Shown here: positions 40,856-50,320 of the stretch, one piece after another | Layout of the letters: each line of letters starts with the position of its first letter | How positions within the stretch are numbered: the stretch's first letter is position 1 | NCBI GenBank assembly: GCA_001563875.1 | Contig: LKMN01000001.1 | Coordinates: forward strand, 1 to 64,000 | DNA length: 64,000 nt | Direction: 5' to 3' | Source: Nanohaloarchaea archaeon B1-Br10_U2g1 | GTDB taxonomy: Archaea > Nanohalarchaeota > Nanosalinia > Nanosalinales > Nanosalinaceae | Program-made: the position numbers and the translations under genes | Notes under the pieces: model-generated | Databases searched by the model: none | Seen by the model: the letters and a program-made list of their open reading frames with translations, nothing else | Told to the model about the DNA's origin: nothing

Positions 40856-42103
40856 CTACTCCTTGCTTTCTTCTTCCTCTTTCTCTACTTCTTTCTCTGC
40901 CTTTTCTTCTAGGTTTGGAACCATCTCTTGTGTATCTGCTGCCTTTGCGATCGAGGAGGTATTCATCTTAGGAGTCATCTGCTCCGTCTTCCCCTCCTTC
41001 ATCTCTTTCAAATCCTTGCCAACTTCGGAGACAAACTCCTTGGTCTCTGTCTTGAGATCGTATATCTCCTTTTCGTTGACGTCTTCCATTTGCTTGTCTT
41101 TTATCTTCTCTATTACGTCTTCCCATCGGTCGAACATTTCTACATGTTCTTCTCCCAGGTCCAGATTATCTGCTACTACTTCTGGTAGTTCTTCTCTATC
41201 TTCTGGAGGCTCTATGTCTCGTGCTTTCAGTGCGGCGACGTTCGCTTTTAAGAACTGTTTATAGTCTTCGACAATATTTCTAACTTTCTTTTGTGCGCCT
41301 AGTTGAGAGACCAGCTGATGCATTCTTCTTACGAAGTCGTCTGCCTTTTCTAAATGCTTCTCTACAGCCTCTCCGGTAACCTTTTCAGGTTCCTTCTCTC
41401 CTAGGTCTCCGAAGTCGTATAATTCTTCAGCTATTTCTATGTATTCATCTTCTAGTAGCTCGTTTTCTACAAACATTTCGTCTAGGACTTCTGGAACTTT
41501 TTCTTTCGGTGGCGGTGTTTTTCCTTCAAGCATTATCGGTGCTTGTCCGGCGTTTGCCATTACTTGTTCGAGTTTGTGAGGTATTGAGGATTTGAAGTTT
41601 TTCTCGGCTTTCTTGTATCCTGCTGCAGCCAGTTTTAGTCTCTTACTTACGGATTCCTGTGTTGCTTCAATTTTACCTCTTTGGAGCAGTCTTTTTGCCG
41701 GCATGAATATTCCGGTGTCGTACACCGGTTCTCCGTTTCTTACGGCTTCTATTGCTAGTGGTTCTCCTTTTCTCAGTGAGTCCCAGAACTCTGTTAGGAA
41801 TGGGAAGTACTGTATTGTTATTCTATCATCTGTTTCCTTTGCTGCTTCTGTTACTTTTTGTTGTATCTTTTTCCGTGCGTCTTCTGGAACGTCCTCTCTC
41901 AGCTTTGTGTCGTCTAGTATTACAAGTGTATCGATATCACTGTCGTATCCGTGCTCGCCTTTTGGTACACTTCCCCATACTGCAACTACTTTTAGTTTGT
42001 CGCCTAGTTTTTCCTCTAGTTTGTCTGAGAACTCTTTTGCTGCTTCCATTCTTCTTTCTTGAGACTTCTTCCGCATCTCTTTCATCTTGTCTTTGGAACT
42101 CAT
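40856..42103 (-). CDS. Pol-beta-superfamily (MNT-like) nucleotidyltransferase with C-terminal HEPN-like helical repeats
   Basis: VWGS..DSDIDTLVILDD motif; two similar C-terminal helical units. Confidence 0.75.
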   Translation of the reverse strand: MSSKDKMKEMRKKSQERRMEAAKEFSDKLEEKLGDKLKVVAVWGSVPKGEHGYDSDIDTLVILDDTKLREDVPEDARKKIQQKVTEAAKETDDRITIQYFPFLTEFWDSLRKGEPLAIEAVRNGEPVYDTGIFMPAKRLLQRGKIEATQESVSKRLKLAAAGYKKAEKNFKSSIPHKLEQVMANAGQAPIMLEGKTPPPKEKVPEVLDEMFVENELLEDEYIEIAEELYDFGDLGEKEPEKVTGEAVEKHLEKADDFVRRMHQLVSQLGAQKKVRNIVEDYKQFLKANVAALKARDIEPPEDREELPEVVADNLDLGEEHVEMFDRWEDVIEKIKDKQMEDVNEKEIYDLKTETKEFVSEVGKDLKEMKEGKTEQMTPKMNTSSIAKAADTQEMVPNLEEKAEKEVEKEEEESKE

Positions 42104-42164
42104 AGAACCACATTAAACCTTGTCAATATCCAATCTTAAAAGCTTTCCCTAATATTGTTACTAC

Positions 42165-42749
42165 ATGGTAGACAAAAAACGTATGGTGGAGTACCTTACT
42201 TTTGCGGATGTCCACGAAAATCTAGATGATAAAGGATCAGAACAGCTCTATGACTCGCTCTTTAATACTGCTGATTTGGAACCTGACTTCGGTCAGCCTG
42301 ACTATATCCTTCTACACGGAGGCCCTAGTGAGAAGAAAGAGAAACAACGTTTTAGAGCTTTTGAAGATCTATTGACAGATTTAAACAAAGATAAGCTCCC
42401 CTACTTGTTAACTACGCCGTCCTATAGAAGCAAGATTGAAGAATCAGATAAAGTTACGGAAAACGATTTTATTTACTGTCCTATAAGATCTGAAAGCACA
42501 TTCGGAGAAGTTAACACGCTTTCAGAACAGATAGAACCTGAAGAAACGGTTATATCGGTTACAAGCGACTACCATGTGCCACGCCTAGAGTCAATGATGA
42601 ACAAATTACTTGAAGAAGATATAGATTACTTAGTGGTCGGTCAGAAATACAGCTCTGAAGAGAAGAATTATAGAAGTAAATGGAGATCCGAATTCATAAG
42701 TACAGTACTTCCACAAAACATCAAGGATGTAGGAAAGGATATTCTCTAA
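42165..42749 (+). CDS. YdcF/DUF218 (ElyC/SanA-like) protein
   Basis: LLHGG, SESTFGE, VTSDYHVPR. Confidence 0.65.
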   Translation: MVDKKRMVEYLTFADVHENLDDKGSEQLYDSLFNTADLEPDFGQPDYILLHGGPSEKKEKQRFRAFEDLLTDLNKDKLPYLLTTPSYRSKIEESDKVTENDFIYCPIRSESTFGEVNTLSEQIEPEETVISVTSDYHVPRLESMMNKLLEEDIDYLVVGQKYSSEEKNYRSKWRSEFISTVLPQNIKDVGKDIL

Positions 42750-45338
42750 CTACTTATACTCTTCCTGCATCCATTCTCCCGGCTGATTGTTGTTCTCCAT
42801 AGAAGCATTACTGGAGTAAGTATAGTCAAACTGTTCGGCCTCAAGCAGGCTCTGTAAAGGATCGAAAGCGTGTTGCTCGATCTTCGCCCATTCACGGTCA
42901 TAAGTAGGTCTATCCATACCGAAGAAACGTGCCATTAAGGCCTCTTTCTCGTCACGGTACTCTTCACCAGGATTAACCTTAGAAGGATCAAGTTCTTCAG
43001 GAGATACTCCTAACTCAATAAGGTTCATAGCGATACGTGCTGTGTATACCACTCCTCTATCGTCACCGCCGACCTCATACATTACATATGCTTTCTCGTT
43101 ATCTCGTCCGAAACCGGCTTTAACCATGTTCCACAGCCATTCGTAGAGCTGCTTATCACCTTTATCCCATGGACCGTGAAGTGTACGAGACTGAGAGGTT
43201 TCAAGACCAGGTTTCATCAGGTGCCACATCCTCATAATCTTGGCTAGAGGTTTTTCCTTTTCAACTCCTATATCGTACTTACTCGCTAATCCGCTTTTAA
43301 CCAAGTTTTCCTCCTGTTCAATCAGGTTTTCCATAGTCTTCCATGGATCTTCACCGAAGGTAGCAACGTGTTCCAAGTCTAAAGTAAATTTAGCAGGCAT
43401 ACCGTATAGGTCAGGATGGATGTCGTCTAGTTTGTCTCTAGCCCCTATATTTATAGCTCTTGCAGCCGCTACAGTATGTCGAGGTCTCCAGATCTTGTAA
43501 GGCTGTCTTGTATCTCCGGGCATAGCCTCCAGATTTACTCCTATACCGAACTCGTTCATCCACTCAATCCACGTAATATTACTGAATTTTTCCAGTACAT
43601 CTTCCTCTTCTTCGTACTCATGAACCAGATACTCTCTTATCGCCTTATCATCGATCATGAACTGGCCTTCTTGCTGGGTGAAGTGACCCCATACATAGCA
43701 TGCTGCTGAAGCTGCTGCAACATCTTCTTGGAACTCTCTGTTGTTTTCAAGTAAGTCTAGGAACCCCTTTCCATCATTTTTCCTCGGTTCCAAAAGATCG
43801 ATATCGTATTCGCTCCATTTTTGTTTGATTAGTAGCTCCCACAAGAACTTGGGGGCTTCCCTTTTCTTGTAGCCTTTATCACTGAAGTCTTCATCCGCAA
43901 CAGCCATCCATGCTGGGATAATTTTGTATATAACGTTTGACTCCATCCACATCTGGTTCTGTAGAGATCCTGTAAGTCGTTGTAGGAAGAGTAGATGTTG
44001 GTCTTCGGTACTGTTCTCATTGTCGAAGTAGCTATCATCTCCTGCTACCATGTTCTCAGCATGATTTCTTATTTTGTCTCTGTTACTAGTGAATGCCTCT
44101 TCAATTATTCTTTGCTGAGGGATTTCAAAGTTCCTAGAAACTGCCGCAAGTTTGTTTTGAATAGGGATTAGCGGTTCTCCTCCTTCCTTTTTGTATTCCC
44201 AAAGTTTTTCTATAGCTCTTTCTAGAGGCTCTTCTATAGCTTCAAGAATCTCTTCATCTTCGGTTATTAACTCTCCATTCTGTAGAACTCTGTTAAGCTC
44301 TAACTCTTCAGATTCAAGAAGTCTGTAGATTTCGGGAAGTCTCCTAATCATCGAAAGGTCATAGTTCACACTTAAACCTCGGATTACGGTGTCCAGGTCC
44401 TCTAAACTGTTAATTTCTACAGGTGACGTAATTTGTGGACTTCTGCTAGTTAACTCTATTGTTAGATCTTCGTCTACCGGTTCTTTTAGTAGGTCGTACC
44501 AAATAGTTGTTATCTCGGAGTCTCCTGCGGCACCGGTTCCTATCATAGTCACCTTCTCCTTAAGTCTGCTTTCACGAGATTTCGATCTTTCAAGGAATTC
44601 TTCGTTCGCTTTTTCGTCAATAGTTTTCCTCCATTCGCTGTCAAACCTGTCGGAAAAGTCAGAGAATATATCTTGGTAGTATCTGTACTCGTTCTGTTCT
44701 ATCGTATCTACTATGAAAACTCTGTAAAGTCTTCTTAGGAACTCCTCGTTACGGAATATGTTTTTATTCTCATCATCTTTTCCTTTCATTACTTCGTTTT
44801 TCAAGTCGGTCAGGCTATATCCGAAAGGATCAAGGCTTGTGTCCTGTGCTCTTTCCTCTTCTATTGCAGGTCTTGGGGAGGTACATATGTGGGGGTTAAT
44901 TCGGGAGATATTGAATCCGAAGTCTCTCTCCTTTTTACTCCGGTTTTCCGCTGTTTTTTTGAACGAAGCAAACTGTTCTAGATACTGTGTAAAATATTTA
45001 TGAGTCGGATCGTACTGAGCTCTATAAGGTGAGGTATAGCCTACATCCGGATTGCTGTGGAGAGATATGTCTATCTCTAATCCGTTAATAACGTCCAGCA
45101 TCTGGTCTCTATCAATCTGAAACGTCGCAGGATTGTTGATTATCACCTCCATCACACTTCCTCCTCTCATAGCCAGACTTCCTATCCTTTCATGCATGGC
45201 CGAAGGCACTCCTGGCGCCGCATCCATACCCGAAGTGTTTCCTACCTCGTAATTAAGGTCGGGAAAACCCTCTACCTCATACTTATCCTTTACCTGAAAG
45301 TTCTCTTTCACCGCGTTTAGAATGTATTTGAAACTCAT
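42750..45338 (-). CDS. Large endonuclease IV/xylose-isomerase-like TIM-barrel protein with ~450-aa insertion
   Basis: Ordered motifs SLH, INPH, NLEAM, TLDLEH, WHL, LHGP, MYEVG. Confidence 0.65.
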   Translation of the reverse strand: MSFKYILNAVKENFQVKDKYEVEGFPDLNYEVGNTSGMDAAPGVPSAMHERIGSLAMRGGSVMEVIINNPATFQIDRDQMLDVINGLEIDISLHSNPDVGYTSPYRAQYDPTHKYFTQYLEQFASFKKTAENRSKKERDFGFNISRINPHICTSPRPAIEEERAQDTSLDPFGYSLTDLKNEVMKGKDDENKNIFRNEEFLRRLYRVFIVDTIEQNEYRYYQDIFSDFSDRFDSEWRKTIDEKANEEFLERSKSRESRLKEKVTMIGTGAAGDSEITTIWYDLLKEPVDEDLTIELTSRSPQITSPVEINSLEDLDTVIRGLSVNYDLSMIRRLPEIYRLLESEELELNRVLQNGELITEDEEILEAIEEPLERAIEKLWEYKKEGGEPLIPIQNKLAAVSRNFEIPQQRIIEEAFTSNRDKIRNHAENMVAGDDSYFDNENSTEDQHLLFLQRLTGSLQNQMWMESNVIYKIIPAWMAVADEDFSDKGYKKREAPKFLWELLIKQKWSEYDIDLLEPRKNDGKGFLDLLENNREFQEDVAAASAACYVWGHFTQQEGQFMIDDKAIREYLVHEYEEEEDVLEKFSNITWIEWMNEFGIGVNLEAMPGDTRQPYKIWRPRHTVAAARAINIGARDKLDDIHPDLYGMPAKFTLDLEHVATFGEDPWKTMENLIEQEENLVKSGLASKYDIGVEKEKPLAKIMRMWHLMKPGLETSQSRTLHGPWDKGDKQLYEWLWNMVKAGFGRDNEKAYVMYEVGGDDRGVVYTARIAMNLIELGVSPEELDPSKVNPGEEYRDEKEALMARFFGMDRPTYDREWAKIEQHAFDPLQSLLEAEQFDYTYSSNASMENNNQPGEWMQEEYK

Positions 45339-46969
45339 TATTTCATCGTGTAGAGCCCTAAACCAATTTTAAGGTCATAGTAGTAGCTGAACTTTATTTC
45401 GTTCTTTAAATCAGCCAGAGGCGATTCGTTGTCAGGTATGTAGTACTTGTCGTAGTTTCCTGTAAACTTCCTGACAGCTATTTCGAAGTCTTTTCTTGCT
45501 CCGTTACTTTGTTCACTTTCCTCGCTGGTCGCGTAGTTGGTGTCCAGTATGTTATCCACTGCTTTCAGATAGTCCTTTGAGTATTTTTCAGCTATAGATT
45601 CCGGTGTCTCGAAACCGTCTTCAACCCTTCTTATGAACGATGAGAAATCCAGCGGAGGACTTTCATCTATTTTCTTACCAACTTCCTCTCTAAGCTCTCT
45701 TATAGCTAATCCTTTATCTACACGAGCGCTCTTGAACTCTTCACCTTCATCTGTTTCAAATTCCCCGGTATAATCTTCCATTAGCTGTTCATACAGTTCT
45801 TGACTCCTGTTGATCTTATCTCGGAATAGATTGTCAAAAACATGTTCGCAGACTACAGCAGGACGCCACTGGACTATTCCTGCGGTTGGACCTTTTGTAG
45901 GGCTGTTAGGATTGTCTCCTCCTGCAATATTGACGTGTACACAATGCATATGAACTAACTTGTAATGTGTGGCGTTATCTTCGCTTTCCACTTCAACCAG
46001 ACCTCCTTCCTCGTTCTCTAAGGGCTGGTATGCTATAAACTCCATCTGTTTGAACATCGTTGCGTAACCTGTGAACGTCATAAACCGGTTCAGGTCCTCA
46101 CCTATCTCCTCCTGACTTTTCTGATTGATCATTACCATGTCTCTGACGTATGGAGCTAGCCACTCTTTTGTCTCTTCTATAGCTCTCTCAATTCTTCTTA
46201 ATTCTTTTTTCAGATCTTTTAGTTTATTCTGTATCTCGCTTCCGTACATGTCTTTCCATTTCTCATACATGGTGTACTTCTTCTTTAGGATTGCCTTCTC
46301 ATTCGCTGGTAAGTTCGCCAGCTTCCCTGTACCTCCATCATCCTTAGGTTTTAGATCTTCTAAGGACTTCATCTCATTGAAGTCTGAGACTATAGTTGGA
46401 TAGATATTGTTGTCTCGCAGAAATCTCAGGGCTTGTTCGTCAGCCCCTTGTCCTCCGGCTCCAGCACCGTCTACCAGCTGTACAAAGTCGCCCTTAATCA
46501 CGTCTTCGTCGCCGGTACGTATATCTTCAATACGGGATCTCAGCTTGCGTATGTCATGTTGGAGTAGGTGTTTTGATTTCCTTAGCTGTTCAAGTCCTTG
46601 CATGTTTGTTTTAATATTCTGTTCGGCCTGCTGCTTTCTCTGTACCATCTCTTGGTGCATCGTGTTCTGAGGGCTAACAAAGATTTTCTCCTCTGTTTTC
46701 GCAACATTCCAGCCAAGATCTGTATCAAACTTATCTGCAGCTGAGAGTATGAATGTATAAGGCATTCCCTGGGTCCCTGAACTCACCTTAACATTTTTGT
46801 ATGGTTCTCCTAACACAGGAAGCAAGGAATAAGGGTCAGATGAATCCTTTTGAGCTTTCACTAGCTCTTTAAAACTATGTACGCCAGTCATCTCCGGACT
46901 ACCATTCACTTCGAAGGTATGTCCAAACTCACAAGTGTCTCCATCCTCTCCAGAGCTCATATATTTCAT
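45338..46969 (-). CDS. Coiled-coil protein with putative XRE-type HTH
   Basis: Two long heptad regions; HTH-like segment near the C-terminus; stop overlaps the next start (TAATG). Confidence 0.7.
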   Translation of the reverse strand: MKYMSSGEDGDTCEFGHTFEVNGSPEMTGVHSFKELVKAQKDSSDPYSLLPVLGEPYKNVKVSSGTQGMPYTFILSAADKFDTDLGWNVAKTEEKIFVSPQNTMHQEMVQRKQQAEQNIKTNMQGLEQLRKSKHLLQHDIRKLRSRIEDIRTGDEDVIKGDFVQLVDGAGAGGQGADEQALRFLRDNNIYPTIVSDFNEMKSLEDLKPKDDGGTGKLANLPANEKAILKKKYTMYEKWKDMYGSEIQNKLKDLKKELRRIERAIEETKEWLAPYVRDMVMINQKSQEEIGEDLNRFMTFTGYATMFKQMEFIAYQPLENEEGGLVEVESEDNATHYKLVHMHCVHVNIAGGDNPNSPTKGPTAGIVQWRPAVVCEHVFDNLFRDKINRSQELYEQLMEDYTGEFETDEGEEFKSARVDKGLAIRELREEVGKKIDESPPLDFSSFIRRVEDGFETPESIAEKYSKDYLKAVDNILDTNYATSEESEQSNGARKDFEIAVRKFTGNYDKYYIPDNESPLADLKNEIKFSYYYDLKIGLGLYTMK

Positions 46970-47044
46970 TTATCTTGGATTCTACTTAAAGTTCTAGTTA
47001 TACTGTCCGAAAACTTATGAACAACAAGCTCGAATAGATTTCTA

Positions 47045-47536
47045 ATGAGTGTTTTTGATGACTTGAAAGATTCTCTACACGGATCAGAGAACTCTGAAAG
47101 TTTCTCGAACGATTTGGACTCCGATTTTGGTTCAAGAACAGATGGGAGTGGTTTGAACGGTTCAGAACCGGAGAGAAAGAATATTGGGCAAGACCGTTCA
47201 CAAAGTAGATCTGCTCAGAGAGGTCAAAACAGTCCGAACAGAAACCAAGATAAAAGGCAGCAAGGTAGAGCGAGAGGTCAAAGTATAGATTCTCCAAACG
47301 CGCAGGCAGGGAGACCTCAAGAAGGCTCTTCTAAGCCTCAGTTAAGCAGCCAGACCAGGAAAAAAATTGATCACGCTGGTTTAAACCAAGATTCTCAAAG
47401 AGACAGTAAACAGTCTGTTGCAGTACAGAGATCTGATATAGAGGACTTGAAGTCTCAGAACCAGCAGATAATAGAGCTCTTGAAAAGGATCAACCAAAGT
47501 CTTCAAAATAATAACTCTGGAAGACATAGACGTTGA
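47045..47536 (+). CDS. Low-complexity S/Q/R/D protein with C-terminal coiled coil
   Basis: Polar, likely disordered middle; DIEDLKSQNQQIIELLKRINQSL. Confidence 0.7.
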   Translation: MSVFDDLKDSLHGSENSESFSNDLDSDFGSRTDGSGLNGSEPERKNIGQDRSQSRSAQRGQNSPNRNQDKRQQGRARGQSIDSPNAQAGRPQEGSSKPQLSSQTRKKIDHAGLNQDSQRDSKQSVAVQRSDIEDLKSQNQQIIELLKRINQSLQNNNSGRHRR

Positions 47537-47727
47537 AGATGGATATAGAGTCGGAGCTACCTGAAAACTTTGAGGAGCTAACTGTTGAAGATAAAATTGG
47601 TGAGTTAGAACGTTTAGAAGATGTTTTTGATGCTGAAACAGACTCGGGAGCGATTAAGAGGCGAATGGTACAAGAGCTTATAAGACACTATAATAAGGAT
47701 TTAGAGGAAGGCAGAAAAAGTCCATAG
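47533..47727 (+). CDS. Small acidic hypothetical protein
   Basis: 64 aa, overlaps the upstream stop. Confidence 0.55.
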   Translation: MKMDIESELPENFEELTVEDKIGELERLEDVFDAETDSGAIKRRMVQELIRHYNKDLEEGRKSP

Positions 47728-48018
47728 ACCTTTGGCAAATAGCAGTCCTGCTATTATCTCTTTATAGTCTACAAGTATTGGAGGTGTGCCTGTGAACAGC
47801 ATCATGGCCGATAGTATATCTGCAGCGCCTCCAACCAAAAATAAAGGGGTTAGAAAGGCTGGAGGATTAGCTCCAAAATCTATAAATCCTATAACTCCTT
47901 TTATGAATAGAAAAGCTGCGTGAGTATGCGCTAGCGGTTCTGGTACTGCGGAAACAGTGAAGTAAAGCATTAGTGCTGCTGTTATATCCACCCATCCAAG
48001 TAGGTTGAAGTTGAACAT
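47701..48018 (-). CDS. Small membrane protein with internal two-fold repeat
   Basis: Two units of pattern G..D..A..L..L..KG. Confidence 0.7.
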   Translation of the reverse strand: MFNFNLLGWVDITAALMLYFTVSAVPEPLAHTHAAFLFIKGVIGFIDFGANPPAFLTPLFLVGGAADILSAMMLFTGTPPILVDYKEIIAGLLFAKGLWTFSAFL

Positions 48019-48028
48019 TTTCTTCCGA

Positions 48029-48493
48029 TTAGTCTATTTCTATCACTTTGTCGGCAGCGTTTTGGAGGGCTGTCGAGAAGCCAGGATCCATACCTATCAC
48101 TACTGTTTCTTTACCATGTTCTTTAGCTTTCTGTATAACAGGTAGAAAATCGGCGTCACGAGTCACCAATACTACTACGTCGATAGCTTCGTTATGGACT
48201 GCTTCCATGGCGTTTGTAGCCATATAAACATCCACATCGCTTTCTCTGTCTTTTTCTCCTCCTAATCCTAGAGAAGCCTCAAATCCTTGAGATACTATGG
48301 CCTCTATAAGCTTTTCTGAAGCATACTGGTTAAGGAAGACTTTACCAACCTTTATATTGCCAAACATCTCTATTTCTTCTCTCAATGCGTCCAAATCTAA
48401 GTCGAACTCTTTACGGATAACGTTCGGCCCATCTATAAAGACTGCGACACCTGGCTCTGAACTGACTTTGTCTTTGAACTTTTCTAGCACCAT
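48029..48493 (-). CDS. NYN-domain (PIN-like) protein, TIGR00288-like
   Basis: [30 protein letters not shown]. Confidence 0.9.
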   Translation of the reverse strand: MVLEKFKDKVSSEPGVAVFIDGPNVIRKEFDLDLDALREEIEMFGNIKVGKVFLNQYASEKLIEAIVSQGFEASLGLGGEKDRESDVDVYMATNAMEAVHNEAIDVVVLVTRDADFLPVIQKAKEHGKETVVIGMDPGFSTALQNAADKVIEID

Positions 48494-48539
48494 AAGAAAA
48501 GATTAAAGGTAAAGTATATAGTAATAAGCTTTTGGTTTC

Positions 48540-49280
48540 TCAGCCAAAAATTCTCTCTGCGTTTTTTGTAGTTTCTCGCACCACGTCTTCGTATTTCACA
48601 CCTTTTATATTGGCTATCTTCTCCGCAGACTCAGTAACATTTACAGGTTCATTTCTGCTTCCTCTATATAGAAATGGTGAATCAGTCTCAAGAACGATAT
48701 CCTTAAGCTCTAGGCTTTCTACAACTTTCTGAACTCTTTTGGAGTAAAGAACTTGTGTGGTTACCCCTATAGTCATTCCTTTCTGAGAAGCAGTTCTAGC
48801 CAGGCTTGATGAACCGTTGAAACAGTGTAAAAGAACCTCCGGTATATCATATCTTTCTATTAATTCTACAGTTTTCTGTTCAGCATCCCTAGAATGTACT
48901 ACTACGGGTTTCGAAAGTTCTTCTGCAAGTTTCAGCAGTTCATTAAAAACCTCCTCTTGTTCTCGCCTCTTTACACCTTCCTTTATGTGATAATGGTCGA
49001 GACCTATTTCTCCAATCGCAATAGGTTCATTGGCTCTTATCTGTTCTTTCACCTTTTCTACATCGTCGAAGCTGTCTTCGTAAGTTGGGTGTAGACCGAG
49101 GTTTGACTTAATTATGTCGGAGTTTTTATCTTCAAGTTTTAACGCCTCTCTATTGCTTTCGAGGTCTGTTCCTGCCGTAACAGCAAACTTGAGTTCGTTT
49201 CTACATCTTTCTATTACTTCTTCTCTATCAGAGTCGAATTTCTCGAATTCTAGATGGCAGTGGCAGTCAACAGGTCTCAT
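48540..49280 (-). CDS. tatD: TatD family nuclease
   Basis: DCHCHL, GLHP, IGEIGLD, VHSR, LHCF, ETDSPF. Confidence 0.95.
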   Translation of the reverse strand: MRPVDCHCHLEFEKFDSDREEVIERCRNELKFAVTAGTDLESNREALKLEDKNSDIIKSNLGLHPTYEDSFDDVEKVKEQIRANEPIAIGEIGLDHYHIKEGVKRREQEEVFNELLKLAEELSKPVVVHSRDAEQKTVELIERYDIPEVLLHCFNGSSSLARTASQKGMTIGVTTQVLYSKRVQKVVESLELKDIVLETDSPFLYRGSRNEPVNVTESAEKIANIKGVKYEDVVRETTKNAERIFG

Positions 49281-49318
49281 ACAGTGACATAATCGTTGGA
49301 AAGTCTTTAAACCGGTTT

Positions 49319-49645
49319 CTAGGGCTGCCCTATCTTAAAATCAGGTTCGAAGAGCTCAAAGTCTGTGAGGCTCTGATTATCACCGCATTCCACTAGTATG
49401 ACTTTTACTTCTTGTTCTGTTACTTCTGCCTTTAATACATAGTTTCCGTCATTACAGCTCATGAGTTTCCTGTCACTAATCCAGCTTATGTTGTTGTAAC
49501 CTGGTTCGAAGCCTAGATCCTCTAAATAAGATGTTGCAAGACTATCAGAATTTATTTCGGCTGAATATGTGTCTTTGGAAATTTTTTCCCAGTTGTAGTT
49601 AGCTTTTCCAGATTTTTCAAGAAGTTCCTCGAGCTCTTCCATCAC
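49319..49645 (-). CDS. Hypothetical protein
   Basis: 108-aa acidic ORF. Confidence 0.55.
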   Translation of the reverse strand: MMEELEELLEKSGKANYNWEKISKDTYSAEINSDSLATSYLEDLGFEPGYNNISWISDRKLMSCNDGNYVLKAEVTEQEVKVILVECGDNQSLTDFELFEPDFKIGQP

Positions 49646-49682
49646 ATATTCCTAAGTTTTGGGTGTCTAAATATTTTTCGTT

Positions 49683-50264
49683 TTATCTCTTTTCCTTGTT
49701 TAGACGTGAGCCTGTTGCACCGGTCTGTCCCATGTACTTAGTGTCTTTCTTGTCTCCATACGGCTTTCCTGCTTCAGAAGTCATGCTTTCAAACACTATC
49801 TGGCACACACGGTCTTCAGGATATATTTTAACCGGTGCGTTACCAAGGTTCTGTATTTCAAGTGTTATGTCCCCCTCAAAACCAGGATCTATGAATCCGG
49901 CGGTTGCATGAACTATAATACCTAATCTTCCGTAACTGCTTCGTCCCTCAACCCTTGCAACCTTGTCTTTAGGTACATTGATTGTTTCTAAAGTACTTCC
50001 GAGTATAAACTCGCCGGGGTGTATGACTACACCGTCTTCAGGAGTATGTTCCTCCTTTTTGATATAGTCATCGTATTTCTGCATATCTCTAGTGTCTATA
50101 AGCTCCAACTTCCGTGTATTAAGTATTCCAAACTCGTATCCCAGTCTCAGATCAAGTGATGAGGGACCTAGTTGTAGGTCGAGATCGAGATCTTTCTTAT
50201 CCGAGTAGACAGCATTTTCACTTTTTATCAGCTCTTTGAGATCCTTGTCTGATAGTATGGCCAT
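49683..50264 (-). CDS. dcd: dCTP deaminase
   Basis: PSSLDLRLG, EGRSSYGRLG, AGFIDPGFEG, KYMGQ. Confidence 0.93.
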   Translation of the reverse strand: MAILSDKDLKELIKSENAVYSDKKDLDLDLQLGPSSLDLRLGYEFGILNTRKLELIDTRDMQKYDDYIKKEEHTPEDGVVIHPGEFILGSTLETINVPKDKVARVEGRSSYGRLGIIVHATAGFIDPGFEGDITLEIQNLGNAPVKIYPEDRVCQIVFESMTSEAGKPYGDKKDTKYMGQTGATGSRLNKEKR

Positions 50265-50320
50265 TAAACTCTATTTAATTTAGTAGGACTTTTATTGGTG
50301 TCTACATACTGAACCATTAT

